Of a DNA stretch of 64,000 nucleotides, positions 20,943 through 30,851 are shown piece by piece (the first letter of the stretch is position 1; every line of letters starts with the position of its first letter). A model generated the notes under the pieces. That model saw nothing but the letters and a program-made list of their open reading frames with translations, did not search any database and was not told the origin of the DNA. The translations under genes were made by a program, and so were the position numbers. Origin of the DNA: an uncultured Clostridia bacterium. Its GTDB lineage: Bacteria; Bacillota; Clostridia; Oscillospirales; CAG-272. The stretch lies in the NCBI GenBank assembly GCA_947625805.1, contig CANQPT010000002.1:36911-100910 (forward strand), in the 5' to 3' direction.

Positions 20943-22004
20943 TTGTTAGATTCTCTATATCGTCTTCTGGCCTACCCGCTGACCCTGTTTTACAACTTCA
21001 GCGGAAGTTATATTCTCGCCATGATCCTGTACGGCGTGCTGATCAAGGTTGTGCTCTTTCCCTTTGGGATCAAACAGCAGAAAGGCATGATCCGACAGGC
21101 GCGAATGCGTCCCAAGGAAATGGCCATCCGCAAGCGTTACGCGGGCCGGGACGACCGGAAGACCCAAATGAAATTGCAGGAGGACCTGCAGAAACTCTAT
21201 CAGGAAGAGGGATACAATCCCCTGTCCGGCTGCGGCCCGATGCTCTTACAGCTTCCCATTATCTGGGTGCTCTACCGCATTGTGTACGAGCCGCTCAAGT
21301 ATATCGCGGGCGCGACCGCCGAGCAGTGCAGGCAAATGGCGGAGCTTGCGGGAAATATCGCGCAAACCAAGTTTTCCTCCGCCTCTCAGGTTCAGTTTTT
21401 GGACGTAATCGGCAAAAACTTTGCCGCGTTCAAGGACGGCGTCGACGGCTTTGCGGATCTTTTCCCCACGGTGGAGGACTATTCCCGCTTTTTCCGGGGA
21501 TTTACCCTGTTTGACGTCAACCTGACCAAAAACCCCTCGTCTGTGCTGGGACAGATCGGGGAAAACTGGGTGGAATTTTTCCTGCTCATTTCCATTCCGA
21601 TTCTGGTTTTCGCGGCGCAGTACGTGTCCATGAAGGTCATCCGCCGCTACTCCTATCAGCCGGTGCAGGACGCCCAGGCGGCCGCATCCATGAAAATCAT
21701 GGACTTTGCCATGCCCCTCATGATCACCTTTATGGCGTTCATGTTCCCGGGACTTCTCGGCATTTACTGGATTGTCAACTCGGTCCTCTCCATGGTACAG
21801 CAAATGTTGCTCAAAAAACTCTATCCCATTCCGGTCTTTACCGAAGAGGATTACAAAGAGGCGGAAAAGCAGATCAACGGCAAACACAAGCCCGTCAAAA
21901 AACCCGTCGGGAGCAAAAAGAAAAACCCCAAGTCACTACACCACATTGACGACGACGAGCAGGACGAGCGCCAACAAAACGACAAAGAAGGTGAGCAAGA
22001 ATGA
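20943..22004 (+). CDS. yidC: YidC/Oxa1 family membrane protein insertase (probable TTG start)
   Basis: ORF 20835..22004. The N-terminal 36 codons lie in the tandem repeat. TTG 20943 follows GAGGT at 7 nt and gives (M)LDSLYRLLAYPLTLFYNF...ILYGVLIKVVLFPFGIKQQKGM. Confidence 0.85.
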   Translation: MLDSLYRLLAYPLTLFYNFSGSYILAMILYGVLIKVVLFPFGIKQQKGMIRQARMRPKEMAIRKRYAGRDDRKTQMKLQEDLQKLYQEEGYNPLSGCGPMLLQLPIIWVLYRIVYEPLKYIAGATAEQCRQMAELAGNIAQTKFSSASQVQFLDVIGKNFAAFKDGVDGFADLFPTVEDYSRFFRGFTLFDVNLTKNPSSVLGQIGENWVEFFLLISIPILVFAAQYVSMKVIRRYSYQPVQDAQAAASMKIMDFAMPLMITFMAFMFPGLLGIYWIVNSVLSMVQQMLLKKLYPIPVFTEEDYKEAEKQINGKHKPVKKPVGSKKKNPKSLHHIDDDEQDERQQNDKEGEQE

Positions 22005-22663
22005 ACAGCGAAATGATCTGGACGGGTAAAACCGTCGAGGCGGCGGTGCAATCGGCGGCAAGACATCTGTCGATCGATCCCTCCCAAGTGGAATACGAGG
22101 TGATCGCCCAGCCTAAAAAAGGCTTTTTGGGCATCGGCGAAGTGCCTGCCAAAATTCGTGTCAAAAAGAAAGCGGCAAACGACCCCGCCGAGCGGGCGCT
22201 CGACTTTATGGAAACGCTGCTTCGCAATATGGGCATTACCGCGCGACTGGAACTTGTGGACGGCAAGGACGACGACAAGCTGATCCGTGTAAGCGGCGAG
22301 CAGGCAAGCGCCCTGATCGGCCACCATGGGGAGACTCTGGAGCAGCTGCAGTATTTAGTGGGTCTGGCGGCCAACCGCCGAGCCGAGGACGTCGAGCAGG
22401 AGTACGTGCGCATCACGGTGGACATCGAGGACTATCGGGTGCGCCGGGAGGCCGCCCTGCGGGCGCTGGCACAGCGCATGGCCGAGAAATGCAAACGGAC
22501 CGGCCGCAACGTGATCTTAGAACCTATGAGTCCCGCCGAGCGCCGGATCATCCACACGGAACTGCAATCCTTTGACGGGGTGAGCACCAAGTCTATCGGA
22601 CAGGAAGAAAACCGCCGGGTGCTCTTGTATAACGAGCAGGACGGGCCGGAGCAAATCGGGTAA
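22001..22663 (+). CDS. jag: Jag/KhpB RNA-binding protein (Jag_N, KH, R3H)
   Basis: 4-nt overlap with yidC; EPMSPAERRIIHTELQ R3H motif. Confidence 0.88.
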   Translation: MNSEMIWTGKTVEAAVQSAARHLSIDPSQVEYEVIAQPKKGFLGIGEVPAKIRVKKKAANDPAERALDFMETLLRNMGITARLELVDGKDDDKLIRVSGEQASALIGHHGETLEQLQYLVGLAANRRAEDVEQEYVRITVDIEDYRVRREAALRALAQRMAEKCKRTGRNVILEPMSPAERRIIHTELQSFDGVSTKSIGQEENRRVLLYNEQDGPEQIG

Positions 22664-22674
22664 AAACAAACCAC

Positions 22675-22708
22675 GGGAGCAGATGGTGCGATCTGCTCCC
22701 GATTTTTC
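22675..22708 (+). terminator. Intrinsic terminator after jag
   Basis: GGGAGCAGAT (22675-84) / ATCTGCTCCC (22691-700) followed by GATTTTT. Confidence 0.8.
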
Positions 22709-22778
22709 TTAGGCAATATAGGCAATACAATCAGGGTGCCAACGCGTTTTTCATGGAATGCCTGCCGCATTTGCCATA

Positions 22779-24191
22779 TTACCGCATTCTCGTAAAGCGC
22801 TCGTAGGCTTCCGGGTCGGCGTCCAGTAACATATGCTCCAGTTCCAAATCGCCCATAACGGTGGTGCGGCCGCCCGCGTAGAGCGCGTCGATCTGCTCTT
22901 TCATGGCGACCACGAAGGGCGCGCGCTTGTCCACGGTAATGCCGCGATCGTCCAGCCGGAAAAAGCGGGTGATCCAATGGGCGATGCCCGCAAGGCCGCT
23001 GTGGGCGTCCACGGCGACCGCCGCCGGGCGGTTGAGGATCTTTTCGGTGTTGAAGATATTATAGATTTCCTCGTCTTTGAGAAGACCGTCTGCGTGAATG
23101 CCCGCGCGGGTGACGTTAAAGTCTCTTCCCACAAAGGGGGTGCGGGGCGGGATTACATAGTGAAGATGATCTTCAAAATACCGCGCGATCTCGGTGATGA
23201 CCGAAAAATCCATGCCGTCGGCAGATCCTCGCAGGGAGGCGTATTCGATGGCCATGGCCTCCAGAGGACAGTTGCCTGTGCGCTCTCCGATGCCGAGAAG
23301 AGAACAGTTGACGCCCGCGGCGCCGTACAGCCATGCGGTGGAGGCGTTGGTGACCACCTTGTAGAAATCGTTGTGCCCGTGCCACTCGAGCATATCGGAG
23401 GTAATCCCGGCATAGTGCTGTAAGCCGTAAATAATGCCCTGCACGCTGCGCGGCAGCGCCGAGCCGGGGTAGGACACCCCGTAGCCCATGGTGTCGCAGG
23501 CGCGTATTTTGACCGGAACTCCGTACTCCTCGCCCAGCTCTCTCAGCGCGGAGGCAAAGGGTACCACGAATCCGTAGAAATCCGCACGGGTGACGTCCTC
23601 AAAATGACAGCGGGGACGAATGCCGTGCTCAAGGACCGAGCGTACCACTCCGAGATATTTCTCCATGGCCCCCGCCCGCGTCAGTCCCATTTTCTTGTAG
23701 ATATGATAGTCCGAGCAGGAAACCAGCACGCCGGTTTCTTTTAAGCCCAGATCCTTGATAATCTGAAAGTCGCCCTCGCTTGCCCGAATCCAACTGGTCA
23801 CCTCCGGAAACTCGTATCCCAGCGCCATGCATTCCTCGACGGCACGGCGGTCTTTTTCCGTATAGACGAAAAATTCGCTCTGGCGGATTAAGCCGTTCGG
23901 CCCGCCCAGTCGGTGCATCATCTTGTATAAGGCGACAATCTGCTCTACCGAAAAGGGAGAGGTCGACTGCTGTCCGTCCCGGAAGGTGGTGTCGGTCATC
24001 CAGATGTGCTCGGGCATATGAATGGGGACGCTGCGGTGGTTGAAGGCCACCTTGGGAATGGAATCATAATCAAAAAGATTGCGATAGAGCTGCGGCTCGG
24101 CGCGTTCCTGCAAGCGGTACTTGTAGACCGCCTGTTCCAGAAGATGCGTATTTTCCGAGAAAAACAACTCGCCTGAATGGTCCTTGTGCAT
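22779..24191 (-). CDS. HMGL-like DRE-TIM synthase of the homocitrate / 2-isopropylmalate / Re-citrate synthase family
   Basis: TDTTFRDGQQS, HGHNDF and GIGERTGN motifs; 470 aa. The exact substrate cannot be read from the sequence; the Re-citrate synthase-like assignment is a guess. Confidence 0.7.
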   Translation of the reverse strand: MHKDHSGELFFSENTHLLEQAVYKYRLQERAEPQLYRNLFDYDSIPKVAFNHRSVPIHMPEHIWMTDTTFRDGQQSTSPFSVEQIVALYKMMHRLGGPNGLIRQSEFFVYTEKDRRAVEECMALGYEFPEVTSWIRASEGDFQIIKDLGLKETGVLVSCSDYHIYKKMGLTRAGAMEKYLGVVRSVLEHGIRPRCHFEDVTRADFYGFVVPFASALRELGEEYGVPVKIRACDTMGYGVSYPGSALPRSVQGIIYGLQHYAGITSDMLEWHGHNDFYKVVTNASTAWLYGAAGVNCSLLGIGERTGNCPLEAMAIEYASLRGSADGMDFSVITEIARYFEDHLHYVIPPRTPFVGRDFNVTRAGIHADGLLKDEEIYNIFNTEKILNRPAAVAVDAHSGLAGIAHWITRFFRLDDRGITVDKRAPFVVAMKEQIDALYAGGRTTVMGDLELEHMLLDADPEAYERFTRMR

Positions 24192-24204
24192 GGGCGCTCC
24201 TTTT

Positions 24205-26124
24205 CTACTTTTTGTAATAGTCGCTTTCCAGAAGATATGTGTTGCACTCGATGCGGCGGAAAGTGTATTCGATCATGTCGTGAATCTCCTCCTCCGAGAG
24301 CGGATCGCCGAATTCCTTGTAGACCTCGTCGTGCCAGTAGGCGTCGTCGGTCAGCCACGCATAACAGGAAAAGATCACATAGCCCGGATAGGTCGGGTCG
24401 AAAATATCGTGTCCCATGAGATTGTCCGGCACGCCCAGCCCGAAGAGATTGGCGATTGTGGGGAAAAAGTCGGCGTTGGAGCAGAGTTTGTCGACCTGCA
24501 TGGGGGTAAAGTCCGGATCCTTGCAGTAGAGGAAGAACGGGGTGTTCTGTCTGAGCGGCCATTCTTCGCCTTTGGTCTCAAGCAGGGTTTGCTCTTCAAG
24601 GCCGTAGGCAAAGTGGTCGGTCACGCAGATGATCACCGTGTTCTCGTCCACCGCGTCGAGCAGTTCTTGTAACATCTGATCGGTAATACGGGTCTTGGCC
24701 ATCAGGCAGTCAAGATCCTCACGCCCCGCCAAAGTCTCGCCCGGCCGGACGTAGTTCTCGTATGCGTACGGCTCCAGTTCCCCGTCGTAGACGTAGGGAA
24801 GATGGGAGGAATAGGTGATAAAGAACGAGAAGAACGGACGGTCGTCGCCGTCTGAGCGGGAGAGTACAAGATCCAAGACCTCGGGCGTCCGGGTCAAGAA
24901 GGTGTCGCGGATCACCTCTTCCCGGTCGTCGGTCCAGTCGTAGAACGAATAGTAGTTTTCATAGCCGAAAGCCTTGTGCATCAGGCCGCGGTTGTAAAAC
25001 CAGCTGTGATTCTGGTGGAAAGAATTGGCTGAATAGCCGGCGGCACGGAAGAGGTTCGGCAGGCTCTCGGAATAGGAGTTGCGGATAAAGGAATAGGACG
25101 CGGCGCCGTTGGAGGGCGAATAAATGCCGGTGTTGAGCACAAACTCGTTTGAGAAAGTGGCTCCGTCCCCGAAAATGGAGGAATAGTAGTTGGTAAAATT
25201 GATGCCCTCCTGCATCATCTTCCACATGGTGGGGGTGTTTTGCTCGCTGACGGCCAGGTAGTCCACGCTCTCCATCATGATAAGAATCGCGTTCTTGCCC
25301 TTCAAAAGGCCGGTCATGTCGTTGTCGGTGTGCCCGCTCGGGTAATCCTCGAAGAACTGTTGCAGCTGCGCCTGCGCCTGCGTGTTGTCGGTGCGCAGCG
25401 GGCGTATAAAGCAATGATAGAAATCCACCCCTAAAAACTGATAATATCCGCAAAGGCCCATGCACTTCTGCGGGTTGGTATAGTTGTCGTAGACATAGCG
25501 GGGGTCCTCAAAGGAGTTCCAGACCGCGTATTCGGTCTTTGGGCCGTAGGCGCGGGGCAGGAGAATCTGGGCAAGCACCAGCGCCGCAAGCGCCGTCGGC
25601 AGTAAGGCGATGCGAGTGCCGGTGGGCAGGGGGGCGATGCGGGGAATTCTGAAAAAAAGATAGATACCCAGCGCAAGAAGAAGCAGGAAGCAGGCGGCCT
25701 GAAGCGGCCCCAGATAGGAGATGGAGGCGCCCATATATCCCGCGCCTTCGTGGAGATTGGACAGGGCGGTAAAGGGAAAGAGTTTGTTGAAGATTTTGAA
25801 GTAGATATACTGTGCCGTGCCGTAGATCAACAGTGCGAGATAGAGCACTAAGAACACCCATCTGCCGGCGCGGCGGGGAAGAATGAGCACCAGCGCACCG
25901 AACACGAAAGACCAGAACAGCGTAAACAAAATGCTGACCGGATGGAAAAATTTAAGGCTCTCCGTGGCCGCGCCCGTGAAAAAGGCCACCGCCAGCAAGG
26001 CAAAGAAAAGAAGCCCTGTGACAAGGGCGCTTGCCTGCGCCGGATCGTAACGGACCGCCCGCTCTCTTTTGGACTTTACGGCCGACTGTATTGTTTCTTT
26101 CAAAGACGAAAGTCTGGTATGCAT
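24205..26124 (-). CDS. LTA synthase family protein (polytopic N-terminus plus sulfatase-type phosphoglycerol transferase domain)
   Basis: About 5 N-terminal TM helices, then ILIMMESVDYL and a sulfatase-like fold, 639 aa; 13-nt gap to the downstream gene. Confidence 0.8.
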   Translation of the reverse strand: MHTRLSSLKETIQSAVKSKRERAVRYDPAQASALVTGLLFFALLAVAFFTGAATESLKFFHPVSILFTLFWSFVFGALVLILPRRAGRWVFLVLYLALLIYGTAQYIYFKIFNKLFPFTALSNLHEGAGYMGASISYLGPLQAACFLLLLALGIYLFFRIPRIAPLPTGTRIALLPTALAALVLAQILLPRAYGPKTEYAVWNSFEDPRYVYDNYTNPQKCMGLCGYYQFLGVDFYHCFIRPLRTDNTQAQAQLQQFFEDYPSGHTDNDMTGLLKGKNAILIMMESVDYLAVSEQNTPTMWKMMQEGINFTNYYSSIFGDGATFSNEFVLNTGIYSPSNGAASYSFIRNSYSESLPNLFRAAGYSANSFHQNHSWFYNRGLMHKAFGYENYYSFYDWTDDREEVIRDTFLTRTPEVLDLVLSRSDGDDRPFFSFFITYSSHLPYVYDGELEPYAYENYVRPGETLAGREDLDCLMAKTRITDQMLQELLDAVDENTVIICVTDHFAYGLEEQTLLETKGEEWPLRQNTPFFLYCKDPDFTPMQVDKLCSNADFFPTIANLFGLGVPDNLMGHDIFDPTYPGYVIFSCYAWLTDDAYWHDEVYKEFGDPLSEEEIHDMIEYTFRRIECNTYLLESDYYKK

Positions 26125-26249
26125 GTTTCCTCGAATACGCGAATCATACGGCGCGTTTGGTAAGGCGCGCGCCGGCGTCTTTTTTCAATTCTGTATTATA
26201 TCACATTTCCTGTTCTTTTGCAAATGAATATTCCGGAAAAACCGGACAT

Positions 26250-27173
26250 ATGCATAGTTCGGTGATACTTTTGGTTGCGGATTTTTCTTCTCCCTGTGAT
26301 TACGGGTTTTTGCAGAGGGCACTGGCGGCTCTTACGGACGACTATCCCTTTGTGCGGCGGTATGCCGTGGGGCGGTCGCTTTTCGGTCGGGAAATTCCCC
26401 TTTTGCAAATCGGGCGCGGCGGCAAAAAAATATTGCTTGTGGGAGCGGTGCACGGAAGCGAGCACATGACCGCCGGCCTTTTGCTGCGCTTTGCCGCAGA
26501 CTACTGCTCGGCCGTCGACGCCGACGCCTCGGTCTATTCCCTGTCCATGGGATATTTGTTTGAAAAGCGGACGCTCTGTCTGCTTCCCATGCTCAATCCC
26601 GACGGCGTGGAACTTTCCCTGCACGGTCCCGCGGACGACTGCCCGCTTTTGGAGCGGCTTATGCGTATGTGCCCGGATGGGGACTTCACCCACTGGCAGG
26701 CAAACGGGCGCGGGGTGGATCTCAATCACAATTTCGACGCCGATTTTGAGAAATACAAGCGGCTGGAAGCAGAGCGGGGGCTTTGCGCCGGGCCGACCAG
26801 ATACAGCGGGGAATATCCCGAAAGCGAGCCGGAAACGGCGGCCGTCTGCGCCTTTTTGCGGGCCGAGCCGGTGGAAGGACTAATCGCCTTTCACACCCAG
26901 GGGGAGGAGATCTATTACGACCGGAACGGCTACGTTCCCACCATGGGACGGGCGGTGGGCGGAGCCCTTGCCCGTATGTGCTCCTATCGACTGGCCCGCC
27001 CGGAGGGCGGCGCGCGATACGGCGGGCTCAAGGACTGGTTTATCGGCGCTTTTGACCGGCCCGGCTTTACCGTGGAGTGCGGAAAGGGCGAAAATCCCCT
27101 GCCGCAGACGGCGTTTTTCTCCATTTACGCCACCCTGCGCAAAATGCTTTTTCATTCGGTTGTGCTTTTGTGA
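26250..27173 (+). CDS. M14 family zinc carboxypeptidase (gamma-D-glutamyl-meso-DAP peptidase-like)
   Basis: ORF 26031..27173 trimmed to ATG 26250. VGAVHGSEHMT (HxxE Zn ligands), VDLNHNF, FHTQGEEIYY. Confidence 0.75.
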   Translation: MHSSVILLVADFSSPCDYGFLQRALAALTDDYPFVRRYAVGRSLFGREIPLLQIGRGGKKILLVGAVHGSEHMTAGLLLRFAADYCSAVDADASVYSLSMGYLFEKRTLCLLPMLNPDGVELSLHGPADDCPLLERLMRMCPDGDFTHWQANGRGVDLNHNFDADFEKYKRLEAERGLCAGPTRYSGEYPESEPETAAVCAFLRAEPVEGLIAFHTQGEEIYYDRNGYVPTMGRAVGGALARMCSYRLARPEGGARYGGLKDWFIGAFDRPGFTVECGKGENPLPQTAFFSIYATLRKMLFHSVVLL

Positions 27174-27195
27174 GCAAAATCCCGTGCGGGCGGTG

Positions 27196-27224
27196 TTGTA
27201 AAGCGGGCAAATTCATGCTATAAT
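27196..27224 (+). promoter_or_regulatory. Promoter placing the TSS at or next to the U32 gene ATG (leaderless candidate)
   Basis: TTGTAA (27196-27201), 17 nt, TGcTATAAT (-10 at 27219-24); the ATG lies at 27231. Confidence 0.5.
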
Positions 27225-27230
27225 ATAGGC

Positions 27231-28490
27231 ATGGATACAAGTCGACGGGTCCCCGAGCTTCTGGCTCCGGCGGGCAACATGGAAAAACTGAAAGCCGCGC
27301 TTCGCTTTGGCGCGGACGCGGTCTATCTTGCCGGCAAACGCTTTGGTATGCGCGCCGCCGCGGACAATTTTACCCCGGAGCAAATCGCCGGGGCGTGTAC
27401 CTATGCCCACGCCATGGGCAAAAAGGTCTACGTCGCGGTCAATACCATGCCGCGCACGGCCGAATACGCCGCCCTGCGGGAATATCTCGCCGCCCTCGGC
27501 GGGACGGGCGCAGATGCGCTGATTGTCGCCGACCCGGGCGTGCTTTCCCTCGCCCGCGCCCTGTGTCCGCACATTCCCCTGCATCTTTCCACCCAGACCG
27601 GCACGGTCAGTGCGGCCGACTGCCTGTTCTGGGCGCAGCAGGGGGTCAGCCGTGTGGTGCTGGCAAGGGAACTTTCCCTTGCGGAAATTGCGGACGTGCG
27701 CGCGCATATCCCGGAAAGCCTTGAACTGGAGGCCTTTGTCCACGGCTCTATGTGCGTTTCCTTTTCCGGGCGGTGTCTTCTCTCGGAAAATCTGGCGGGC
27801 AGGGACGCCAACCGGGGAGAATGCGCCCAGCCCTGCCGCTGGGAGTTCGGCTATTACGAGATTGCCGAGCGCACGCGCCCGGGGTCGCGCTTTCCGATCG
27901 GTCAGAGCCCGGACGGCACCTTTATCCTGTCCAGCAAGGATTTATGTATGATCGATCACGTAAACGACCTGTGCAAAAGCGGCCTTGCCTCGCTCAAGAT
28001 CGAGGGGCGCATGAAAAGCGCTTACTACACCGCCGTTTGCTCCAACACCTACCGCATGGCGCTCGACCGCTGGCGGCAGGAGGGCGACGGCTGGCAAAGC
28101 GATCCCGCATGGCGGGCGGAACTTGAGAGTGTCAGCCACAGAGAATACTCTACCGGATACTTTTACGACCGGCCGTCGGACAACGCGCAACTCTGCGAGG
28201 GGACGGGATATATCAAGGAAAAAGCCTTTCTCGCCGTGGCAACGGCAGACTCGGACGCAAACGGCTGCGCCCGCTTTTCCCAGCGCAACAAATTTTCCGT
28301 CGGCGATCGGGTGCAACTGCTCACCCCCGGCAGTTGCGGGAAAACCTTTGCGGTAGAGCAACTGTCCGACCCGGACGGCACGCCGCTTTCCTGCGTCCCG
28401 CACCCATATATGAACTTTACCGTGCGCGTGCCTTTCCCTGTGCGGGAGGGCGACATTCTGCGCGGCGCACAGGAGGAAATGCGACCATGA
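27231..28490 (+). CDS. Peptidase U32 family protein
   Basis: MDTSRRVPELLAPAGNMEKLKAALRFGADAVYLAG is the typical U32 N-terminus; ...LEAFVHGSMCVSFSGRC. Confidence 0.88.
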   Translation: MDTSRRVPELLAPAGNMEKLKAALRFGADAVYLAGKRFGMRAAADNFTPEQIAGACTYAHAMGKKVYVAVNTMPRTAEYAALREYLAALGGTGADALIVADPGVLSLARALCPHIPLHLSTQTGTVSAADCLFWAQQGVSRVVLARELSLAEIADVRAHIPESLELEAFVHGSMCVSFSGRCLLSENLAGRDANRGECAQPCRWEFGYYEIAERTRPGSRFPIGQSPDGTFILSSKDLCMIDHVNDLCKSGLASLKIEGRMKSAYYTAVCSNTYRMALDRWRQEGDGWQSDPAWRAELESVSHREYSTGYFYDRPSDNAQLCEGTGYIKEKAFLAVATADSDANGCARFSQRNKFSVGDRVQLLTPGSCGKTFAVEQLSDPDGTPLSCVPHPYMNFTVRVPFPVREGDILRGAQEEMRP

Positions 28491-29473
28491 AATCATGCGA
28501 ACACTGCGGGTGTCTGAACGACAATATCAACCGCTACTGCCGCAACTGCGGCACTCTTTTGGATAGGCACGTACAAAAGACAGACGACGTTTCTTCCGAT
28601 CCACTCGCACAACCGCAAGAAGAGCGCATTCCCGAAGAATCCGGCGACCCCCAGCCGACAACGCCGATCAAGTACACCCCGCTCATTGACTTTGATTTTT
28701 CGGACGAGGACGGACTCCCCCTGCCGGACGCGCCCGCGCAGGACAAGCCTGCGCCGCGTATCTATTCCACGCATCCGGCCGTGCAAGCCTGCAAGCGTGC
28801 GGGCGGCCGCGCGGACTTCCTTTTGCTGTGTATCTTTCTTTCCGCCCTGACCGCGCTGTGCTGTTTTGCCTCGGTATCAAACTATATCCGGTCGGGCATC
28901 GGGGGCGGCTTGCTCTTTTCCCTTGCGCCGGTCCCGCCGCTTGCACTGCTCAGTGTGGGCGGGTGGCTGCACTATGCCGCGTCCCGCAACATCGCGCAAA
29001 ATCACCTGCGCACCTCCGGCCTTACCCTGCTCTTTGTCGGGTGTATTCTGCTGACAGCCGAACTCATTCTCGCGACGCTTGCGCTGTTCGGGCTTTGTGC
29101 AATGGCGGCCCGGCGGCTGGCCGCGTTCGGCGTACGGTATGATCCAGACGCCCTCGCGGTGCTTTTGATCTTTGCCGTCCCTCTTGCCATGACCGTTCCC
29201 CTGACCGTTTGGCTCTCCCTTGCCGCCCGGGGGTTTTACCGGCTCAGGTCTGTCGCTTCCGACCGACTGCCCAAGCGTTGTTTTTCCCTTTTCTGCGGCG
29301 TGTTTGCCCTCCTGCTTTCCCTTGCCCACGGCTGGCTGATCGGCTTTGCCCTCGCACAGGCCGATCTTCTCTTGCTTGCCGGGGCGCTCTTGTGTGCGGC
29401 GGCGCTGTTCTGTTTCGGCGTCTGGACACTGCGCTTGCGCGCAGATCTGCGGTCTTTATCACTTTCCCCTTGA
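28487..29473 (+). CDS. Zinc-ribbon domain membrane protein, function unknown
   Basis: ATGA overlap with the U32 gene. MKSCEHCGCLNDNINRYCRNCG (CxxC...CxxC), an acidic/Pro linker, then about 6 predicted TM helices. Confidence 0.6.
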   Translation: MKSCEHCGCLNDNINRYCRNCGTLLDRHVQKTDDVSSDPLAQPQEERIPEESGDPQPTTPIKYTPLIDFDFSDEDGLPLPDAPAQDKPAPRIYSTHPAVQACKRAGGRADFLLLCIFLSALTALCCFASVSNYIRSGIGGGLLFSLAPVPPLALLSVGGWLHYAASRNIAQNHLRTSGLTLLFVGCILLTAELILATLALFGLCAMAARRLAAFGVRYDPDALAVLLIFAVPLAMTVPLTVWLSLAARGFYRLRSVASDRLPKRCFSLFCGVFALLLSLAHGWLIGFALAQADLLLLAGALLCAAALFCFGVWTLRLRADLRSLSLSP

Positions 29474-29498
29474 CTTGCCGTGAGGAATATAGTATAAT
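29470..29498 (+). promoter_or_regulatory. Promoter of the CNNM/CorC gene pair
   Basis: TTGACT (29470-75), 17 nt, TATAAT (29493-98). Confidence 0.6.
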
Positions 29499-29537
29499 AG
29501 CGCTGTAATCTTGCCGATAGAGGAAGTGATTGGTTTT

Positions 29538-30851
29538 ATGGATACCGGCGACGGTCGACCTTGGCATTTGGTATCGACCATTGCGGGCTTTTTCTCGCAA
29601 AACGGAGCGGTGCTCGCTCTTCTTGTTTTGTTGCTTTTACTGAGCGCGTATTTTTCCGGCGCGGAAACCGCCTACTCGGCGGCAAACAAACTCCGGCTCA
29701 AGAGTTTATCCGACAAGGGGGACAAACGCGCACGCGCGGCCCTCGGCCTGACCGAACGCTTTGAGGTCACGCTGACCACGGTGCTGTGCGGAAATAATCT
29801 TGTGAATATGGCGACCGCATCGGTGACCACCCTGCTCGCACTGCGTCTGGGGATTCCGGAGACGGTCATGACCCTGTGCATCACGGCGGTCGTGATCTTG
29901 TTCGGCGAGGTACTGCCCAAGACGGTCGCAAAAGCGCGCGCCGACCGGCTTGCGCTCTCCCTTGCACCTGCCCTGAAGTTTACGGGAACGGTGCTCTTTC
30001 CGTTTGCGGCGGTTTTTCAGGCTTTTTCTCGGGCGATGACCCGCTTGTTCTCCCGGAACGGTACGCCGCAGATTACCGAGGAGGACGTGCACGACATGAT
30101 CGAGGACATCGAAGAAGGCGGCACGCTGGATTCGGACGAGGTCGCTCTTCTCTTCTCGGCCTTTGAGTTTGACGAGATCACGGTGGGGGATATCTACACA
30201 GCCAGCTACGACGTGGTGGGCGTCGACCTTGACCGCAGTACCTCGCAGGACGTGTTAAAACTCTTTCGGGACAATCTCTATTCCCGTATGCCGGTTTACC
30301 GCGGCTCGCTCGACCGGGTGGTGGGTATCTTGCGTCTGCGCACCTTCTTAGAAGCATACGCACTGGACGGCAAAACCGACTTTTCCGAACTGATCGACCC
30401 GCCCATGCTGGTCGCACCCGACCTGCCGGCTGACCAACTTCTGGCAACCATGCAGCAAGGCAGTACCCATATGGCCGTCGTGACCGAGAACGGACGGACG
30501 CTGGGCATTATTACCATCGAGGATCTTTTGGAGGAACTGGTAGGCGAGATTTTCGATGAAAGCGACGTGGTAGAGGACAAATTCCGCACTCTGCCGGACG
30601 GCGGTTACGAGGTGGCGGCCGATCTTTCTGTGGTGGGCGCGTTCGAGTTGATGGAATACGAGGATTTCGACCGGGAGGAGTGCGGACATAAGACCCTGTT
30701 AGCATGGGCGGACGAGTTGAACGGCGGCAAACTGCGCCGCTCCCAGAGCGTACGGTACAACGACCTGACCGTCACGCCGGGCAGAATGCGCCACGGGCGG
30801 ATTGTTTCCTTTCTGATTCGGGTAAAAGAACCCGCCGAGGTGCAGGCATGA
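29538..30851 (+). CDS. CNNM/HlyC/CorC family transporter (DUF21-CBS-CorC_HlyC)
   Basis: LLLLLSAYFSGAETAYSAAN DUF21 start, CBS pair, C-terminal CorC_HlyC domain. Confidence 0.85.
   Translation: MDTGDGRPWHLVSTIAGFFSQNGAVLALLVLLLLLSAYFSGAETAYSAANKLRLKSLSDKGDKRARAALGLTERFEVTLTTVLCGNNLVNMATASVTTLLALRLGIPETVMTLCITAVVILFGEVLPKTVAKARADRLALSLAPALKFTGTVLFPFAAVFQAFSRAMTRLFSRNGTPQITEEDVHDMIEDIEEGGTLDSDEVALLFSAFEFDEITVGDIYTASYDVVGVDLDRSTSQDVLKLFRDNLYSRMPVYRGSLDRVVGILRLRTFLEAYALDGKTDFSELIDPPMLVAPDLPADQLLATMQQGSTHMAVVTENGRTLGIITIEDLLEELVGEIFDESDVVEDKFRTLPDGGYEVAADLSVVGAFELMEYEDFDREECGHKTLLAWADELNGGKLRRSQSVRYNDLTVTPGRMRHGRIVSFLIRVKEPAEVQA

Noticed and set aside
22709-22738. An 18/20 match between TAGGCAATACAATCAGGGT (after the jag terminator) and TTAGGCAATACAGTCAGGGT (54749-54768, upstream of lipoprotein gene 1); TTGCCTAAG also occurs at about 37163.
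   Set aside because: My rough estimate is that several 18/20 matches are expected by chance among all position pairs in a 64-kb window. There is no shared context or structure.
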